Below, in pieces: positions 8,317 through 19,085 of a stretch of 64,000 bases of DNA (its first letter is position 1; every line of letters starts with the position of its first letter). A program made the position numbers and the translations under genes. This DNA comes from Gammaproteobacteria bacterium (GTDB lineage Bacteria > Pseudomonadota > Gammaproteobacteria > Magnimaribacterales > TMED112): contig JAYPTH010000005.1 of the NCBI GenBank assembly GCA_038133485.1, forward strand, positions 247-64,246. Reading direction: 5' to 3'. Under the pieces are notes generated by a model that was given only the letters and a program-made list of their open reading frames with translations, was not told the DNA's origin and made no database searches.

Positions 8317-9409
8317 ATTTAAAGGGAAGTTGTTTTTTTGCATTATCAAAATACTCGAGCACATGCCTTCCCTCCTCCTTGCAATAATTACTAATTGCTT
8401 TCCTAAATTCTGGATGTTTAATCCAATGAAATGATCGATTTAATACTGGCTCAAAACCTCTTTTAAGTTTATGTTGGCCTTGAATGCCAGGATCAAATGA
8501 CTTGAGGCCTTTCTTGATTGAAAGTTCAATTCCTTGATAGTAGCAAGTCTCGAAATGTAAGAAATTGATGTCTTCTTTTGCTCCCCAATATCTGCCATAC
8601 AGATTATTTTTTTTGATAAAAAATAAAGCTGCAGCAATTTTCTCTTTACCTCTTACAGCAGATATTATTATTGGTTTTAAACTATTAATTTGCTTAAAGA
8701 AGTCTAGATTTAAGTATGGGTTTTGTCCTCTTCTTACATATGTGAGCGCATAAAAAAGATAAAACTCTTCCCATTCTTCTGAAGTTGGAGAATCATTAGT
8801 TATAAATTCAATACCTTTGGACTGAATTGCTGCCCGTTCCTTAACAATATTTTTTCTATACCTTGATTTTAGATTTTCAAGATAGTCCTCAAAAGTTGAA
8901 TAGTTGTGGTTAAGCCACCTATAGTTACAATCTATTCTTTCTATAAAATCATTATTAATAAAAGGGTTGCTATGCTCTTGTTCAACATATAAAGCATGTA
9001 TAGATGAATAGTTTTGTTCGCTAATATATTGAGTAAAATCCTGTAAAGCTTCTTGGCCATTTTCATCATTACTGCAGAAGATTCTTTCACCTTCTACTGG
9101 GGTGAAAGGTACACTTAAAACTATCTTTGGATAGTATCTGACACCATTTTTGTAGTAGGCATTAGCCCATGCGTAGTCAAAAACAAACTCTCCCTGACTG
9201 TTATCTTTTTGGTAATAGGGTATTACGCTTCCATTTGAGTGTTTAAAGGAATTTGCAGCCCAGCCAGTCTTGGGGTTCAAGCATTTACTTTGTTCTAGGG
9301 CATGCAAGAAGTCGAAGTTAAAGAAAACGTTACCTTTAGAAAGTTTGTTAATTGCATCTTTATGATGACGGCAACTTTTTTCAACTGAAAAATTCATTTT
9401 GGTTTTCAA
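8309..9409 (-). CDS. FemAB-like / DUF482 N-acyltransferase-fold protein
   Basis: 366 aa. FLHALEQS near the N-terminus, YYPKIVLSVPFTPV, YGRYWG and HFETCYYQGIE..GIQGQHKLKRGF are as I recall for the DUF482 (PF04339) family. An alternative start is at 9397. Confidence 0.65.
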   Translation of the reverse strand: MKTKMNFSVEKSCRHHKDAINKLSKGNVFFNFDFLHALEQSKCLNPKTGWAANSFKHSNGSVIPYYQKDNSQGEFVFDYAWANAYYKNGVRYYPKIVLSVPFTPVEGERIFCSNDENGQEALQDFTQYISEQNYSSIHALYVEQEHSNPFINNDFIERIDCNYRWLNHNYSTFEDYLENLKSRYRKNIVKERAAIQSKGIEFITNDSPTSEEWEEFYLFYALTYVRRGQNPYLNLDFFKQINSLKPIIISAVRGKEKIAAALFFIKKNNLYGRYWGAKEDINFLHFETCYYQGIELSIKKGLKSFDPGIQGQHKLKRGFEPVLNRSFHWIKHPEFRKAISNYCKEEGRHVLEYFDNAKKQLPFKYV

Positions 9410-10229
9410 TAAAAAATATCATAGCTATCACTAGACCAACATGGCTATTTGATTTAAAGGCTTGAATATAATGCCCATCTGCACCCAACTTGTTTTGGTA
9501 ATAGCCTTGGTAAATTAAAAATAAGACCCCAAATTTAAGGATTCCATAATTATTATGTATGGCAAATAAGCCAATCATTACGACAAATAATGCATAGAAT
9601 ATGTTGATAACTTTCAGAGTTGAGCTGCCAAATACCAAGGGCAGTGAATTAATGTTAATTTTTTTATCATCATTAACATCAGATAGAGCATAGTAACTGT
9701 CATAAGCAACTATCCAGAAAATACAGGCTAGATACAGATAAATAGCACCTAAACTAATATAACCATGAACAATTGAATAACTAATTGGCAATGACAGACC
9801 AAATGTGATGCCCAGCACCAATTGAGGGATTGCAATGAACCTTTTGGCTAATGGGTAAAAAATGATTAAAGGAATAGCGCAATATGCAACTAAAAGTATT
9901 GTGAATTGATTTGTTTGAAGCAAAAGAAAAACACATGCAAAACCCATTGCTGCTGCAAATAATAGTGCTTCAAGCAGTGATAATTCTCCACTCGCTATTG
10001 GTCTAGTCTTTGTTCTTTCTACTTTGCTATCAAAATCTCTATCCAGAATATCGTTGATGGCACAACCGAGAGATCTGGTTAAAAATGATCCCAAAACTAC
10101 AATGGCAAATTCTTTTATGCCAAAGCCTGATTCAATAAATAATCCCCACAAGCCAGGCCAAAGCAACAACCAAAAACCAATAGGATTGCGAAATCGGATT
10201 AGATTTAGATAACCAGAAAACTTATTCAT
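9381..10229 (-). CDS. ubiA: 4-hydroxybenzoate polyprenyltransferase
   Basis: UbiA prenyltransferase motif NDILDRDFD, multiple TM helices, second Asp-rich region YALSDVNDD. Adjacent to ubiC. Confidence 0.9.
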   Translation of the reverse strand: MNKFSGYLNLIRFRNPIGFWLLLWPGLWGLFIESGFGIKEFAIVVLGSFLTRSLGCAINDILDRDFDSKVERTKTRPIASGELSLLEALLFAAAMGFACVFLLLQTNQFTILLVAYCAIPLIIFYPLAKRFIAIPQLVLGITFGLSLPISYSIVHGYISLGAIYLYLACIFWIVAYDSYYALSDVNDDKKININSLPLVFGSSTLKVINIFYALFVVMIGLFAIHNNYGILKFGVLFLIYQGYYQNKLGADGHYIQAFKSNSHVGLVIAMIFFIENQNEFFS

Positions 10230-10698
10230 TGAATAAGAATACTTCTATAACTGAAAAAAGTTCACCACTTAATGAGTAGATACACTTTCTTGCAGTATGC
10301 TCCTTATCTTTATATTCAAAGGTTGCAACGTATGTTTCTTTCTTTTCAATATTAGGATGAGAAAACAGATACTTTCCAAGCGCCTCATTTCCTAAAGCAC
10401 CAAATTTTGGAAAATGTTTGATAACAGCTTCACTAAAGAATGACTCAGCAAAAACAATTTTTTCACTTCCTAAAAGATAAATTTGTCTAAAATTTCCATA
10501 AACCTCAACGTTAGATATTTCTTTATCTTGAAATGAGCACATTTTTTCAGAGTGTACTTCTAAATCTATTTCGCCATATTTCTCGGTCAGCCGACCAATC
10601 AAAGAGGTATCCTCTAAAATCCATGATTCCATATGGCCACAAGCATCTTTCATTTGCTCAGAAAAAAGTTGCCAATTTGTTTTAATTAAAGGTGTCAT
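10222..10698 (-). CDS. ubiC: Chorismate pyruvate-lyase
   Basis: ILEDTSLIGRLTE, LGKYLF and a C-terminal SVIEVFL parallel E. coli UbiC (LLEDSMTKRFE, LGRYLF, LTELFL). Overlaps the ubiA start by 8 nt. Confidence 0.8.
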   Translation of the reverse strand: MTPLIKTNWQLFSEQMKDACGHMESWILEDTSLIGRLTEKYGEIDLEVHSEKMCSFQDKEISNVEVYGNFRQIYLLGSEKIVFAESFFSEAVIKHFPKFGALGNEALGKYLFSHPNIEKKETYVATFEYKDKEHTARKCIYSLSGELFSVIEVFLFNE

Positions 10699-10747
10699 TT
10701 CACAGTGATGAATGATTATAATACTTCCCTTTATAAGAGAACATAAA

Positions 10748-10918
10748 ATGGATTATAAAAGATGGGAATGCATAGTTTGTGGATGGATTTATGATGAAGA
10801 AAAAGGTCATCCTGAGGAAGGCATAGCTCCTGGCACTAGGTGGGAAGATGTTCCTAATGACTGGGTTTGTCCTGAATGTGGTGTTGGTAAAGAAGATTTT
10901 GATATGATTGAGTTATGA
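10748..10918 (+). CDS. Rubredoxin
   Basis: WECIVCGWIYDE...DWVCPECG gives two CxxC knuckles in a 56-aa product starting at the ATG at 10748. Confidence 0.9.
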   Translation: MDYKRWECIVCGWIYDEEKGHPEEGIAPGTRWEDVPNDWVCPECGVGKEDFDMIEL

Positions 10919-12174
10919 CAGAACTTTCAGCACCAAAAAATCTTACAAGAAATGTATTAATCGGTATGGGAGCAGGCTTTATTGTAGGAGCCTTTTTCTT
11001 TTATACAAATATCACGCCGCAGTTTTTTGAAGATTTCTTTTCCACTTATATTTTTAGCCTAGGTGGAGATATTTTTAAAAATCTTCTTCGACTAATTGTT
11101 GTGCCACTTGTATTCTTTTCCTTGGTTTCAGGAATTTCATCACTTACCGATATGGCAAGATTAGGGTCAATAGCTTATAAGACAGTCGGACTATATTTGC
11201 TTACAACTGCTATTGCAGTATCTCTTGCACTTTTCTTTGGATGGGTAACTAATTTAGGTTCTGGCTTTTCTGGAGATCTTGTCCCTACCGAGTTAGCTGG
11301 AGGCGAAGCCAGTTTCTACGATACGGTAATGCGAATCTTCCCAAGCAATATGTTTGGAGCTTTTGTTGAGAATAATATGCTAGGCATTGTTTTTATCAGT
11401 ATTTTATTTGGTATGGCATTAAATGCTACTGACTCAATAACAGGCGGGTTATCAAAAAGTTTTGAAAAATTAAATACCGTATTTTTGAAGATAGTCCTTT
11501 TGGTCATGCAATTTGCCCCAATCGGAGTTTTTTGTTTAATTGGCACTTACGTTGCAACTAAAGGTTTGGATATTTTTGGCGATGTTGCTCAGTACGTGGT
11601 GCTATTAATTTTTGTTTTAGTCTTTCATTTAATTTTTACTTATTCCTTAATACTGACAATTTTTGCACGTTTAAACCCTTTAAAATTCTTTGCCAAGATG
11701 AAAGATGTAATGCTTTTTGCTTTTTCAACTTCATCTAGTGCGGCAACTATTCCAGTGACTTTAAAAACGGTTACACAAGACCTAGGTGTTAAAAAGGATG
11801 TTGGCTCATTTGTTGTACCAGTAGGAGCAACTATAAATATGGATGGCACCGCAATCATGCAGGGCTTAGCAACAGTTTTTATTGCAGGAATAACTCCTGG
11901 AATTGAGCTAGGGTTAGTCGAATATGTGCAGATAATTTTCTTAGCTGTAATCACTTCAATTGGAACTGCAGCAGTGCCTTCAGCAGGTATAGTTACACTT
12001 ACAATCATACTAAGTCAGCTTGGCATTCCACTAGAAGCTATTGGCCTCATATTGGCTGTAGATAGGATTCTTGACATGTTAAGAACTTCAATAAATGTTT
12101 GCGGAGATGCGGCAGTTTCTTGTATAGTAGCTAAAACAGAGAGGGGGCTAGACGAGGAAGTCTTTAATAGCTAG
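10915..12174 (+). CDS. Dicarboxylate/amino acid:cation (Na+/H+) symporter, DAACS family
   Basis: SSSAATIPV, NMDGTA and VDRILDMLRTSINVCGD motifs, ~8 TM plus re-entrant loops, 419 aa. Confidence 0.9.
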   Translation: MTELSAPKNLTRNVLIGMGAGFIVGAFFFYTNITPQFFEDFFSTYIFSLGGDIFKNLLRLIVVPLVFFSLVSGISSLTDMARLGSIAYKTVGLYLLTTAIAVSLALFFGWVTNLGSGFSGDLVPTELAGGEASFYDTVMRIFPSNMFGAFVENNMLGIVFISILFGMALNATDSITGGLSKSFEKLNTVFLKIVLLVMQFAPIGVFCLIGTYVATKGLDIFGDVAQYVVLLIFVLVFHLIFTYSLILTIFARLNPLKFFAKMKDVMLFAFSTSSSAATIPVTLKTVTQDLGVKKDVGSFVVPVGATINMDGTAIMQGLATVFIAGITPGIELGLVEYVQIIFLAVITSIGTAAVPSAGIVTLTIILSQLGIPLEAIGLILAVDRILDMLRTSINVCGDAAVSCIVAKTERGLDEEVFNS

Positions 12175-12184
12175 CAAAAAAACT

Positions 12185-14206
12185 ATGGAAATTTTTGAAA
12201 CTTTTATTATTGGACCAATGACACCATGGGGCCCATTTGTTGTGGGCTTGGTTGGTTTATTTTGTGCTTTTGTACTTTTTGCATTAATCATGAAATACCC
12301 AGAGGGCAACGCTAAAGTCGCAAAAATTGGGGAGCAAATTCATCTTGGGGCAAAGGTATTTATGATTACCGAATATAAAATTTTGTTACCTGTGTTAATA
12401 GCTTTAGTTTTAGCTTGTGGCTTTTCACCACTTGGATGGAATACAGCATTAGCAATTGGAGTTGGGGCGCTATCTTCAGCTATAGCAGGCTTTATTGGTA
12501 TGTATTCAGCAACAAAAGCAAATGTTAGAACAGCAACAGCAGCAGAAGAGTCCGGACAAGAAAGAGCATTATCAATATCATTTTTTGGCGGATCAATCAT
12601 GGGTCTTTGTGTTGCATCAATGGGTTTAGTTGGTTTAGGCGGCTTATATGTATATTTTGTTAACGCTCTAACTGACGATTACAAAACAATAGCATCAGCT
12701 CTGGAAGGGTTTGGAGTTGGCGCATCAGCGGTTGCATTATTTTCAAGAGTTGGAGGCGGCATTTATACAAAAAGTGCAGATGTAGGCGCCGATCTTGTAG
12801 GAAAAATTGAAGCAGGCATACCTGAAGATGATCCTAGAAACCCAGGAGTTATTGCTGACAATGTGGGAGACAATGTAGGAGATATAGCAGGGATGGGGTC
12901 TGATATATTTGAATCTTATTGTGGAGCAATGATTGCTTCTATTGCTATAGCCGCAACACTAAGCAATCCAGATCTAATGTTTTTGCCACTATGGCTTGCA
13001 GCATCTGGTTTATTCTGCTCATTAATAGGCATAGGGATTGTTAGATCACAAGTATCTCGGTCACCAGCAGTTGCTTTAAGGTTTGGCACTTTCTTCTCAC
13101 CAATTATTTTTCTAATTTTTGCTGGACTTAGCATCTATTATTCACCAAATCTAGAAATGAAATATTTCTATTCAATATTAACTGGAGCAGTGGGAGGCAT
13201 ATTAATTGGCTTAATTACAGAATATTATACTGGTGGCGCTACACCTGAATCACCCGTTGGTAAAATTGCAAAATCAGGAGAAACTGGTCCTGCTACAGTT
13301 ATTATTTCAGGCTTAAGCGTTGGAATGATTTCTGTTGTTATGCCAGTTTTGGTTATTGCAGCAACCATTGGTATCTCTACTTATTTTTCAGGCCTTTATG
13401 GCGTAGGCATAGCAGCTGTCGGCATGCTCTCAACAGTAGGCATTACTATGGCAATAGATGCTTATGGTCCTGTCGCTGATAATGCTGGTGGTATCGCTGA
13501 GATGAGTGGTATGAAGAGTGAAGTAAGAGAAATAACAGATTCGCTTGACGAGTTAGGAAATACTACTGCTGCAATAGGTAAGGGTTTTGCTATTGGAGCA
13601 GCAGCATTAGCAGCATTGGCAATTATTGCGGCGTTTACACAAGTAACAAAAGTAGAGCTACTGCTTTCAGATCCAAGAGTTTTGGTTGGCATGTTTATTG
13701 GAGGTTCAATACCATTCTTAGTGTCTTCAATAACTATGACTGCAGTTGGGGATGCGGCTTTTGAAATGATAGAAGAAATCAGAAGGCAATTCAGAGAGAT
13801 ACCTGGTCTCCTTGAAGGTAAAGCAGATCCCGATACAGCCAAATGTGTTGATATTGCCACTAATGCCGCTTTGAAAAAAATGTTACTACCTGGAGCTATA
13901 GCAATCTTAAGTCCAATCGTTGTTGGGTTTGCATTGGGAGCTGTTGAGTTAGGTGGTATGTTAGCTGGAGCTCTCTTGGGCTGTGTACTTTTAGCATTAA
14001 TGATGGCCAATGCAGGTGGTGCATGGGATAACGCTAAAAAGTTTGTTGAGAAAGGTAATTTTGGTGGCAAGGGAACCGAAACTCATTCGGCAGCTGTTGT
14101 AGGTGATACAGTTGGTGACCCATTTAAAGATACATCAGGACCATCCATGAATATCTTAATTAATGTAATGGCAATCGTGAGCTTAGTTATAGCTCCACTT
14201 CTTTAA
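12185..14206 (+). CDS. hppA: Membrane-integral ion-pumping pyrophosphatase (K+-dependent-type signature)
   Basis: 673 aa polytopic protein with [31 protein letters not shown] and [14 protein letters not shown] motifs. Confidence 0.93.
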   Translation: MEIFETFIIGPMTPWGPFVVGLVGLFCAFVLFALIMKYPEGNAKVAKIGEQIHLGAKVFMITEYKILLPVLIALVLACGFSPLGWNTALAIGVGALSSAIAGFIGMYSATKANVRTATAAEESGQERALSISFFGGSIMGLCVASMGLVGLGGLYVYFVNALTDDYKTIASALEGFGVGASAVALFSRVGGGIYTKSADVGADLVGKIEAGIPEDDPRNPGVIADNVGDNVGDIAGMGSDIFESYCGAMIASIAIAATLSNPDLMFLPLWLAASGLFCSLIGIGIVRSQVSRSPAVALRFGTFFSPIIFLIFAGLSIYYSPNLEMKYFYSILTGAVGGILIGLITEYYTGGATPESPVGKIAKSGETGPATVIISGLSVGMISVVMPVLVIAATIGISTYFSGLYGVGIAAVGMLSTVGITMAIDAYGPVADNAGGIAEMSGMKSEVREITDSLDELGNTTAAIGKGFAIGAAALAALAIIAAFTQVTKVELLLSDPRVLVGMFIGGSIPFLVSSITMTAVGDAAFEMIEEIRRQFREIPGLLEGKADPDTAKCVDIATNAALKKMLLPGAIAILSPIVVGFALGAVELGGMLAGALLGCVLLALMMANAGGAWDNAKKFVEKGNFGGKGTETHSAAVVGDTVGDPFKDTSGPSMNILINVMAIVSLVIAPLL

Positions 14207-14236
14207 ACAAAGAAAAATTGATATTAAGTTGGTAAA

Positions 14237-14440
14237 TTAAGCTAGTTTTATTTCGCCGACGCCAATTCTGCCCTTGTATTCTTCAACAGTGAACTCGACA
14301 TTATCGTCCTCGTTCAGAGTTTCTATTCCGCATCTTTGCAAAGAGCTTATATGAACAAATACATCTTTAGAACCATCTTCGGGTGCAATAAATCCAAAGC
14401 CTTTTGTATTATTGAAAAATTTTACGACTCCTTTTTGCAT
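14237..14440 (-). CDS. Cold-shock domain protein (CspA family)
   Basis: 67 aa with RNP1 KGFGFI and RNP2 VFVHIS. Confidence 0.92.
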   Translation of the reverse strand: MQKGVVKFFNNTKGFGFIAPEDGSKDVFVHISSLQRCGIETLNEDDNVEFTVEEYKGRIGVGEIKLA

Positions 14441-14501
14441 TGCAATCTCCTATATTTCACACAACAATACAGGAATTTAATAATAAGTAAATGAATATGT
14501 C

Positions 14502-15314
14502 TTATGTTCGTCCAAAATTTCCAGCATTAAAATCTTCTATTGCTTTAAGAATCTCTGATTTAGTATTCATAACAAAGGGCCCATATTGAAATATTGGCTC
14601 ATTTATTGGTTTGCCACCAATCAACAGGAACCTTGCATTCCTATCTGATTGAACATTAATTTCCCCTGAAAAACTCATTCCATTTCTCGACTTTAGTTCA
14701 ATGCCATCTACCAAAACATCACCCTCAAAAACATAAATGAAATAATTTTTATCATTTGAGCTATGGAAATTGAAGTTCCCAGCTCCTAATGTAATATCCA
14801 TGTAATCTAGTTCTGTGCTCAGACCATTTATAGGCCCCACATGATCCTTGTAATCACCAGCAATAAGCTTGATTAAGGCAATGCCGTCATTTATTTCTAG
14901 AATCTCATCTGATTTGATGTCTCTGTATGAGGGAATTTTCATTTTTTCTTTGGCTGGGAGGTTTACCCATAACTGAAAACCCTTCATAAGACCATTTTTC
15001 TGTAATGGCATTTCTGAATGTATAATTCCTCTGCCTGCTGTCATCCATTGCATCTCGCCTGATTTTAACTCTCCGCTATTGCCCATGCTGTCTTCATGTT
15101 GTAAATGTCCTTCAATCATGTATGTGAATGTTTCAAAACCTCTATGTGGATGAGAGGGAAACCCACCAATATAATCATCAGGATTCTCAGAGCAGAACTC
15201 ATCTAACATTAAAAAAGGGTCAAGGCGCACATCTTGAGTTTGCCCAAGGCTACGAAAAATTTTAACACCAGCTCCATCAGAGGTTTCGTGTGCAGTAATT
15301 ATATTTCTAGTCAT
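14502..15314 (-). CDS. Pirin family protein
   Basis: Cupin metal site HPHRGFET..E and the typical PFVMNT C-terminal domain, 270 aa. Confidence 0.9.
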   Translation of the reverse strand: MTRNIITAHETSDGAGVKIFRSLGQTQDVRLDPFLMLDEFCSENPDDYIGGFPSHPHRGFETFTYMIEGHLQHEDSMGNSGELKSGEMQWMTAGRGIIHSEMPLQKNGLMKGFQLWVNLPAKEKMKIPSYRDIKSDEILEINDGIALIKLIAGDYKDHVGPINGLSTELDYMDITLGAGNFNFHSSNDKNYFIYVFEGDVLVDGIELKSRNGMSFSGEINVQSDRNARFLLIGGKPINEPIFQYGPFVMNTKSEILKAIEDFNAGNFGRT

Positions 15315-16240
15315 ATTTCCTTTGGTCCTTGAGGGATAATGCGATATGGATTGATTTGATCATGGCTGTAGTAGTAATGACGCTTAATATGTTCAAGATT
15401 GCAAGTATCTTTGATGGCTGGAATTTTGAGCATGTCTTGCATATATCTGTATAAGTTTTTGTAATCAATGATGCGTTTAATGTTGCATTTAAAGTGGGTG
15501 ACATAAACAGGATCAAACCTTAATAGAGTTGGAATTAATCTTAAGTCTGCTTCTGTAAAGCTATCCCCAACTAGAAATTTTGTCTCACCAAGCCTGTTAT
15601 CAAGATAATCTAATGTTTCAAACAGCTTAGAAACAGCATTATCATAGGCCTCTTGGGAAAGCGCAAAGCCTGACTTGTAGACACCATTGTTGACGTTTTC
15701 ATAAATGATTTCATTTAATTCATCTATTGCTGCTCTTTTATCTTCGGGGTAGAAGTCGTCATGATTGCCTGTCAGATTATTGAAAGCAGAATTTAATATT
15801 CGAATAATCTGTGAAGATTCATTATTTACGATTGTTTCATTTTTTTTATCCCAAAGAATGGGAACAGTTACACTGGTGGTAATTGATGGATCTGCTTTCT
15901 GATATATCTCCCTTAAAAATTTTTTACCATACAGATGATCATTTGTAGCTGCTGGAAAGCTTGCATCGAATTTCCACCCATCTTCAAGCATATCGGGATG
16001 TACAACACTCACACTTATGTGATCATTTAATTCTTTAAGCTGTCTAAATATAAGTGTTCTGGTTGCCCAAGGACAGGCATAGCTTACATATAAATGATAG
16101 CGTCCTAGTTCTGGTTGAAATTTTTCATGACCCTCTTCAACTGTTTCAAGAAATGTTCTTGGCAGGCGGTCATAGGCTCCTGAATCATCTGAAGTAATAA
16201 TGGATTTTGCTACCCACTTACCGTCAATTAGTTTACCCAT
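15311..16240 (-). CDS. yqjG: Glutathionyl-hydroquinone reductase (Xi-class GST, YqjG-like)
   Basis: GRYHLYVSYACPWATRTLI (CPWA motif) and MGKLIDGKW N-terminus are collinear with E. coli YqjG. Start set to the ATG at 16240. Confidence 0.88.
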   Translation of the reverse strand: MGKLIDGKWVAKSIITSDDSGAYDRLPRTFLETVEEGHEKFQPELGRYHLYVSYACPWATRTLIFRQLKELNDHISVSVVHPDMLEDGWKFDASFPAATNDHLYGKKFLREIYQKADPSITTSVTVPILWDKKNETIVNNESSQIIRILNSAFNNLTGNHDDFYPEDKRAAIDELNEIIYENVNNGVYKSGFALSQEAYDNAVSKLFETLDYLDNRLGETKFLVGDSFTEADLRLIPTLLRFDPVYVTHFKCNIKRIIDYKNLYRYMQDMLKIPAIKDTCNLEHIKRHYYYSHDQINPYRIIPQGPKEI

Positions 16241-16257
16241 AGTCGTTAATATGTATG

Positions 16258-18318
16258 TCAAACATCAGAAAGTTCAAGATGAGCTGGGAACCACCTTTCA
16301 ATAATTTTCCTTTGCTTCTCAATTGGTAATTGCATAATTTTATCCGTAATTCTATTTGCTTCAGATTGAATTTCTTCATCTGCAATCAAATCATAAAATG
16401 TGAAACTTGGTTGTCCTGTTTGGGACAAGCCCAAAATATCACCTGGACCTCGTAATTTAAGATCTTCTTCAGCAATTAAAAAGCCGTCATTAGTGGCTGA
16501 TATTACATTTAGTCTTTTCTCGGATAATTCTGAAAGATTATCCTCATGCATTAGGATGCAATAACTTTCTTTATCGCCACGCCCAACTCTCCCCCTTAAT
16601 TGGTGTAATTGTGCCAAACCAAATCGCTCTGAGTTTTCTATTACCATAATATTTGCATCTGGCACATCAATACCGACTTCAATAACAGTGGTAGCTAATA
16701 AAATTTGTGTTGTTTTATTCTTAAAACTATCCAAGATTTCATTTTTTTCTTTGTCAGGCATTTTGCCGTGCAAAATTTTAAATTGATCACTTTTAAATTC
16801 ATTTTTTAGAACTTTTTCTAAATCCTCAATACCTATTAATCTGTTATCACTTTCTTCAATTAAAGGACAAACCCAATAAACTTGAGATCCAGACGCTATA
16901 GCTTTTTTGATTCTATTGATGAGAGCATCTCGTCTTTTATTACTCAGAAGCTTAGTCACTATTGGCTTCCTGTTGGGTGGCAATGATTTGATTGTTGACA
17001 CGTCTAGGCCTGATAAAACACTCATCGCCATAGTTCTTGGTATGGGGGTAGCTGATAAAAGCAGTTGATGAGGATAATCTTCAGCCTTCTCTTTAAGCTT
17101 AAGCCTCTGAGTAACTCCAAATCTATGTTGCTCGTCATAAATTACCAAGGATAATGATTTATAAAATACATCCTTTTGAAAAACCGCATGCGTACCGATA
17201 ATAATCTTGACATGGCCAGTTGCTATCTTAATTAATTTTTCTCTACGCTCTTTGGCTGAAATTTTTGAAGTTAGTAGTTCAATCTCAATACCATTTCCAA
17301 ACCATTCAATAAAGTTTTTGTAGTGCTGTTTAGCCAGTATGGTGGTTGGCGCTAAAATTGCTACTTGCTTTCCATCGAAAACAACACTTGCAGCAATCAG
17401 AGCTGCAACAATAGTTTTTCCTGAACCAACATCTCCCTGTAAAAGTCGCAACATTGGAGAGCCTGACGAAATATCGTCTTTAATTTCTTGATAAGCTAGA
17501 TTTTGATCATCCGTTAAATGAAATGGCAATGACCCAATGATTTGATTTGCGAGCGATTCATCTGAAAAAATATCTGCAGGCTTGTTTTTATTTTGATATT
17601 TAATTGAAAGATAACTTATTTTATTGGCTACGACTTCTTCTAAACCAATTCTCTTTCTATGTGGGGACTTTCCGCCAACTAAGTAATCATTAATTTCATC
17701 GTTGGGGTGTGGAGCATGAATTCTCAGTATCGAGTTGCTTAAATCTTCAAGATTATTTTGTGGAAAATAATCTTTTAACTCAATTTTTCCCCTATTTACC
17801 ATTTCAATAGCATTAGCTAAAACTTTACGTAATTTTTGATGTGTAATTCCTCTAGTGAGCCTATATTTTGGAAGTATTTTTGGAGTAAATTCTAAGTTTG
17901 TACAAAGTTCATAATCAGGGTGAATTGTTTCAAGACCATATCTGCCTAATCTTGCTATACCAGCAATTTCCATGACACTCCCTTCCTTAAATAGGTTTCT
18001 TAAGCCAGGAAAATAATAAAAAAACCTAAGATAGATGTGGCCTGTACTATCTGCAACTCTGATAATTAACATTTTACGCGGCACAAATGTTTGTGAAACT
18101 TTCTCAACTGTTCCACGAATTACAAACTCCTGATCTGGCTCTAGGTCAGCAATCCTTGAGAGCTTTGTTCTGTCTTGATAGTCTGTAGGAAAATGAAATA
18201 AAAGATCCTCTACGCTCTTAATGCCTAATTTAAGAAATGAAGCACCCATTTTTTCACCAACCCCTTTAATTGTTGTAACCAATAACGAAGAAGCATCAAT
18301 TTTTGGTGAAGAAGACAT
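16258..18318 (-). CDS. recG: ATP-dependent DNA helicase RecG
   Basis: Wedge-domain N-terminus, Walker A GDVGSGKT, DEQHRFG, helicase C motifs QLRGRVGRG. The ATG at 18318 is preferred over the TTG at 18345. Confidence 0.93.
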   Translation of the reverse strand: MSSSPKIDASSLLVTTIKGVGEKMGASFLKLGIKSVEDLLFHFPTDYQDRTKLSRIADLEPDQEFVIRGTVEKVSQTFVPRKMLIIRVADSTGHIYLRFFYYFPGLRNLFKEGSVMEIAGIARLGRYGLETIHPDYELCTNLEFTPKILPKYRLTRGITHQKLRKVLANAIEMVNRGKIELKDYFPQNNLEDLSNSILRIHAPHPNDEINDYLVGGKSPHRKRIGLEEVVANKISYLSIKYQNKNKPADIFSDESLANQIIGSLPFHLTDDQNLAYQEIKDDISSGSPMLRLLQGDVGSGKTIVAALIAASVVFDGKQVAILAPTTILAKQHYKNFIEWFGNGIEIELLTSKISAKERREKLIKIATGHVKIIIGTHAVFQKDVFYKSLSLVIYDEQHRFGVTQRLKLKEKAEDYPHQLLLSATPIPRTMAMSVLSGLDVSTIKSLPPNRKPIVTKLLSNKRRDALINRIKKAIASGSQVYWVCPLIEESDNRLIGIEDLEKVLKNEFKSDQFKILHGKMPDKEKNEILDSFKNKTTQILLATTVIEVGIDVPDANIMVIENSERFGLAQLHQLRGRVGRGDKESYCILMHEDNLSELSEKRLNVISATNDGFLIAEEDLKLRGPGDILGLSQTGQPSFTFYDLIADEEIQSEANRITDKIMQLPIEKQRKIIERWFPAHLELSDV

Positions 18319-18347
18319 ATATTTATTATTATTGCTAAATATCAAAA

Positions 18348-19085
18348 ATGAAAATTTTAATTTTAGGCGCTGGCAAAATTGCTGACTATTTGATAAGTAA
18401 AAATCCTAATTGGGATTTTATTGCTATAAGAAGAACACAGCAGAATTATCCTGATAACGTTATTCAATGCCCTATGCACATAACTGCAGACAGGATTGAG
18501 GAGTTTGACTCCTTTGAATGTGATTGGCTTATATATATGCCAAAAACTCTATCTGCATCTACTGATTCTTATAAATATGCCTATATTGAACTTCCTGAAC
18601 GTATAGCAAAGCTTAAAATTAAGAATAAACTTTTCATCTCATCTACTCGTGTTTTTAATGGCTATAAAAATATAAATGTCGATGAGAATACAGCTCCCAA
18701 ACCAAATGACAGTTTGGCAAAGCTGATAGCTGAGTACGAAAAACAAATTACTCAATTTAAAGATAATAGGCTGCTTAGATTGTCTGGGATCGTTAATAAT
18801 GAAAGTAATTTTATTAAAGCAGTACTAAATAAAGCTGAGCATGAGGTGATTAAAGATAAATTTATTAATGCTATTCATATTGAAGATGTAGTAGAGATAA
18901 TTCAAAAGATACTAAATACCTCAATCACATCACAAATTATCAATGGGGTATTACCAAGTACAGACAGATATTCTGATTTATCCACATGTATTGAAAATAA
19001 TGATCCAGTGAATGCCAATGTGCAGTCCATACAATACAATAGCAGTTATGACTTTAAATATAGGGATATAAAATCATTGCTATGA
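18348..19085 (+). CDS. Hypothetical NAD(P)-binding Rossmann-fold protein (SDR/epimerase-like)
   Basis: The N-terminal KILILGAGKIADYL glycine-rich loop is the only motif. No catalytic motif was recognised confidently. Confidence 0.4.
   Translation: MKILILGAGKIADYLISKNPNWDFIAIRRTQQNYPDNVIQCPMHITADRIEEFDSFECDWLIYMPKTLSASTDSYKYAYIELPERIAKLKIKNKLFISSTRVFNGYKNINVDENTAPKPNDSLAKLIAEYEKQITQFKDNRLLRLSGIVNNESNFIKAVLNKAEHEVIKDKFINAIHIEDVVEIIQKILNTSITSQIINGVLPSTDRYSDLSTCIENNDPVNANVQSIQYNSSYDFKYRDIKSLL

Noticed and set aside
13462-14070. A 202-aa antisense ORF inside hppA, plus similar ORFs at 12340-12600, 12916-13134, 11316-11546 and 11640-12008.
   Set aside because: They lie opposite strongly supported membrane protein genes and translate to low-complexity Ala/Pro/Ile-rich sequences with no motifs. 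This is the typical shadow-ORF pattern of Gly/Ala-rich coding regions.
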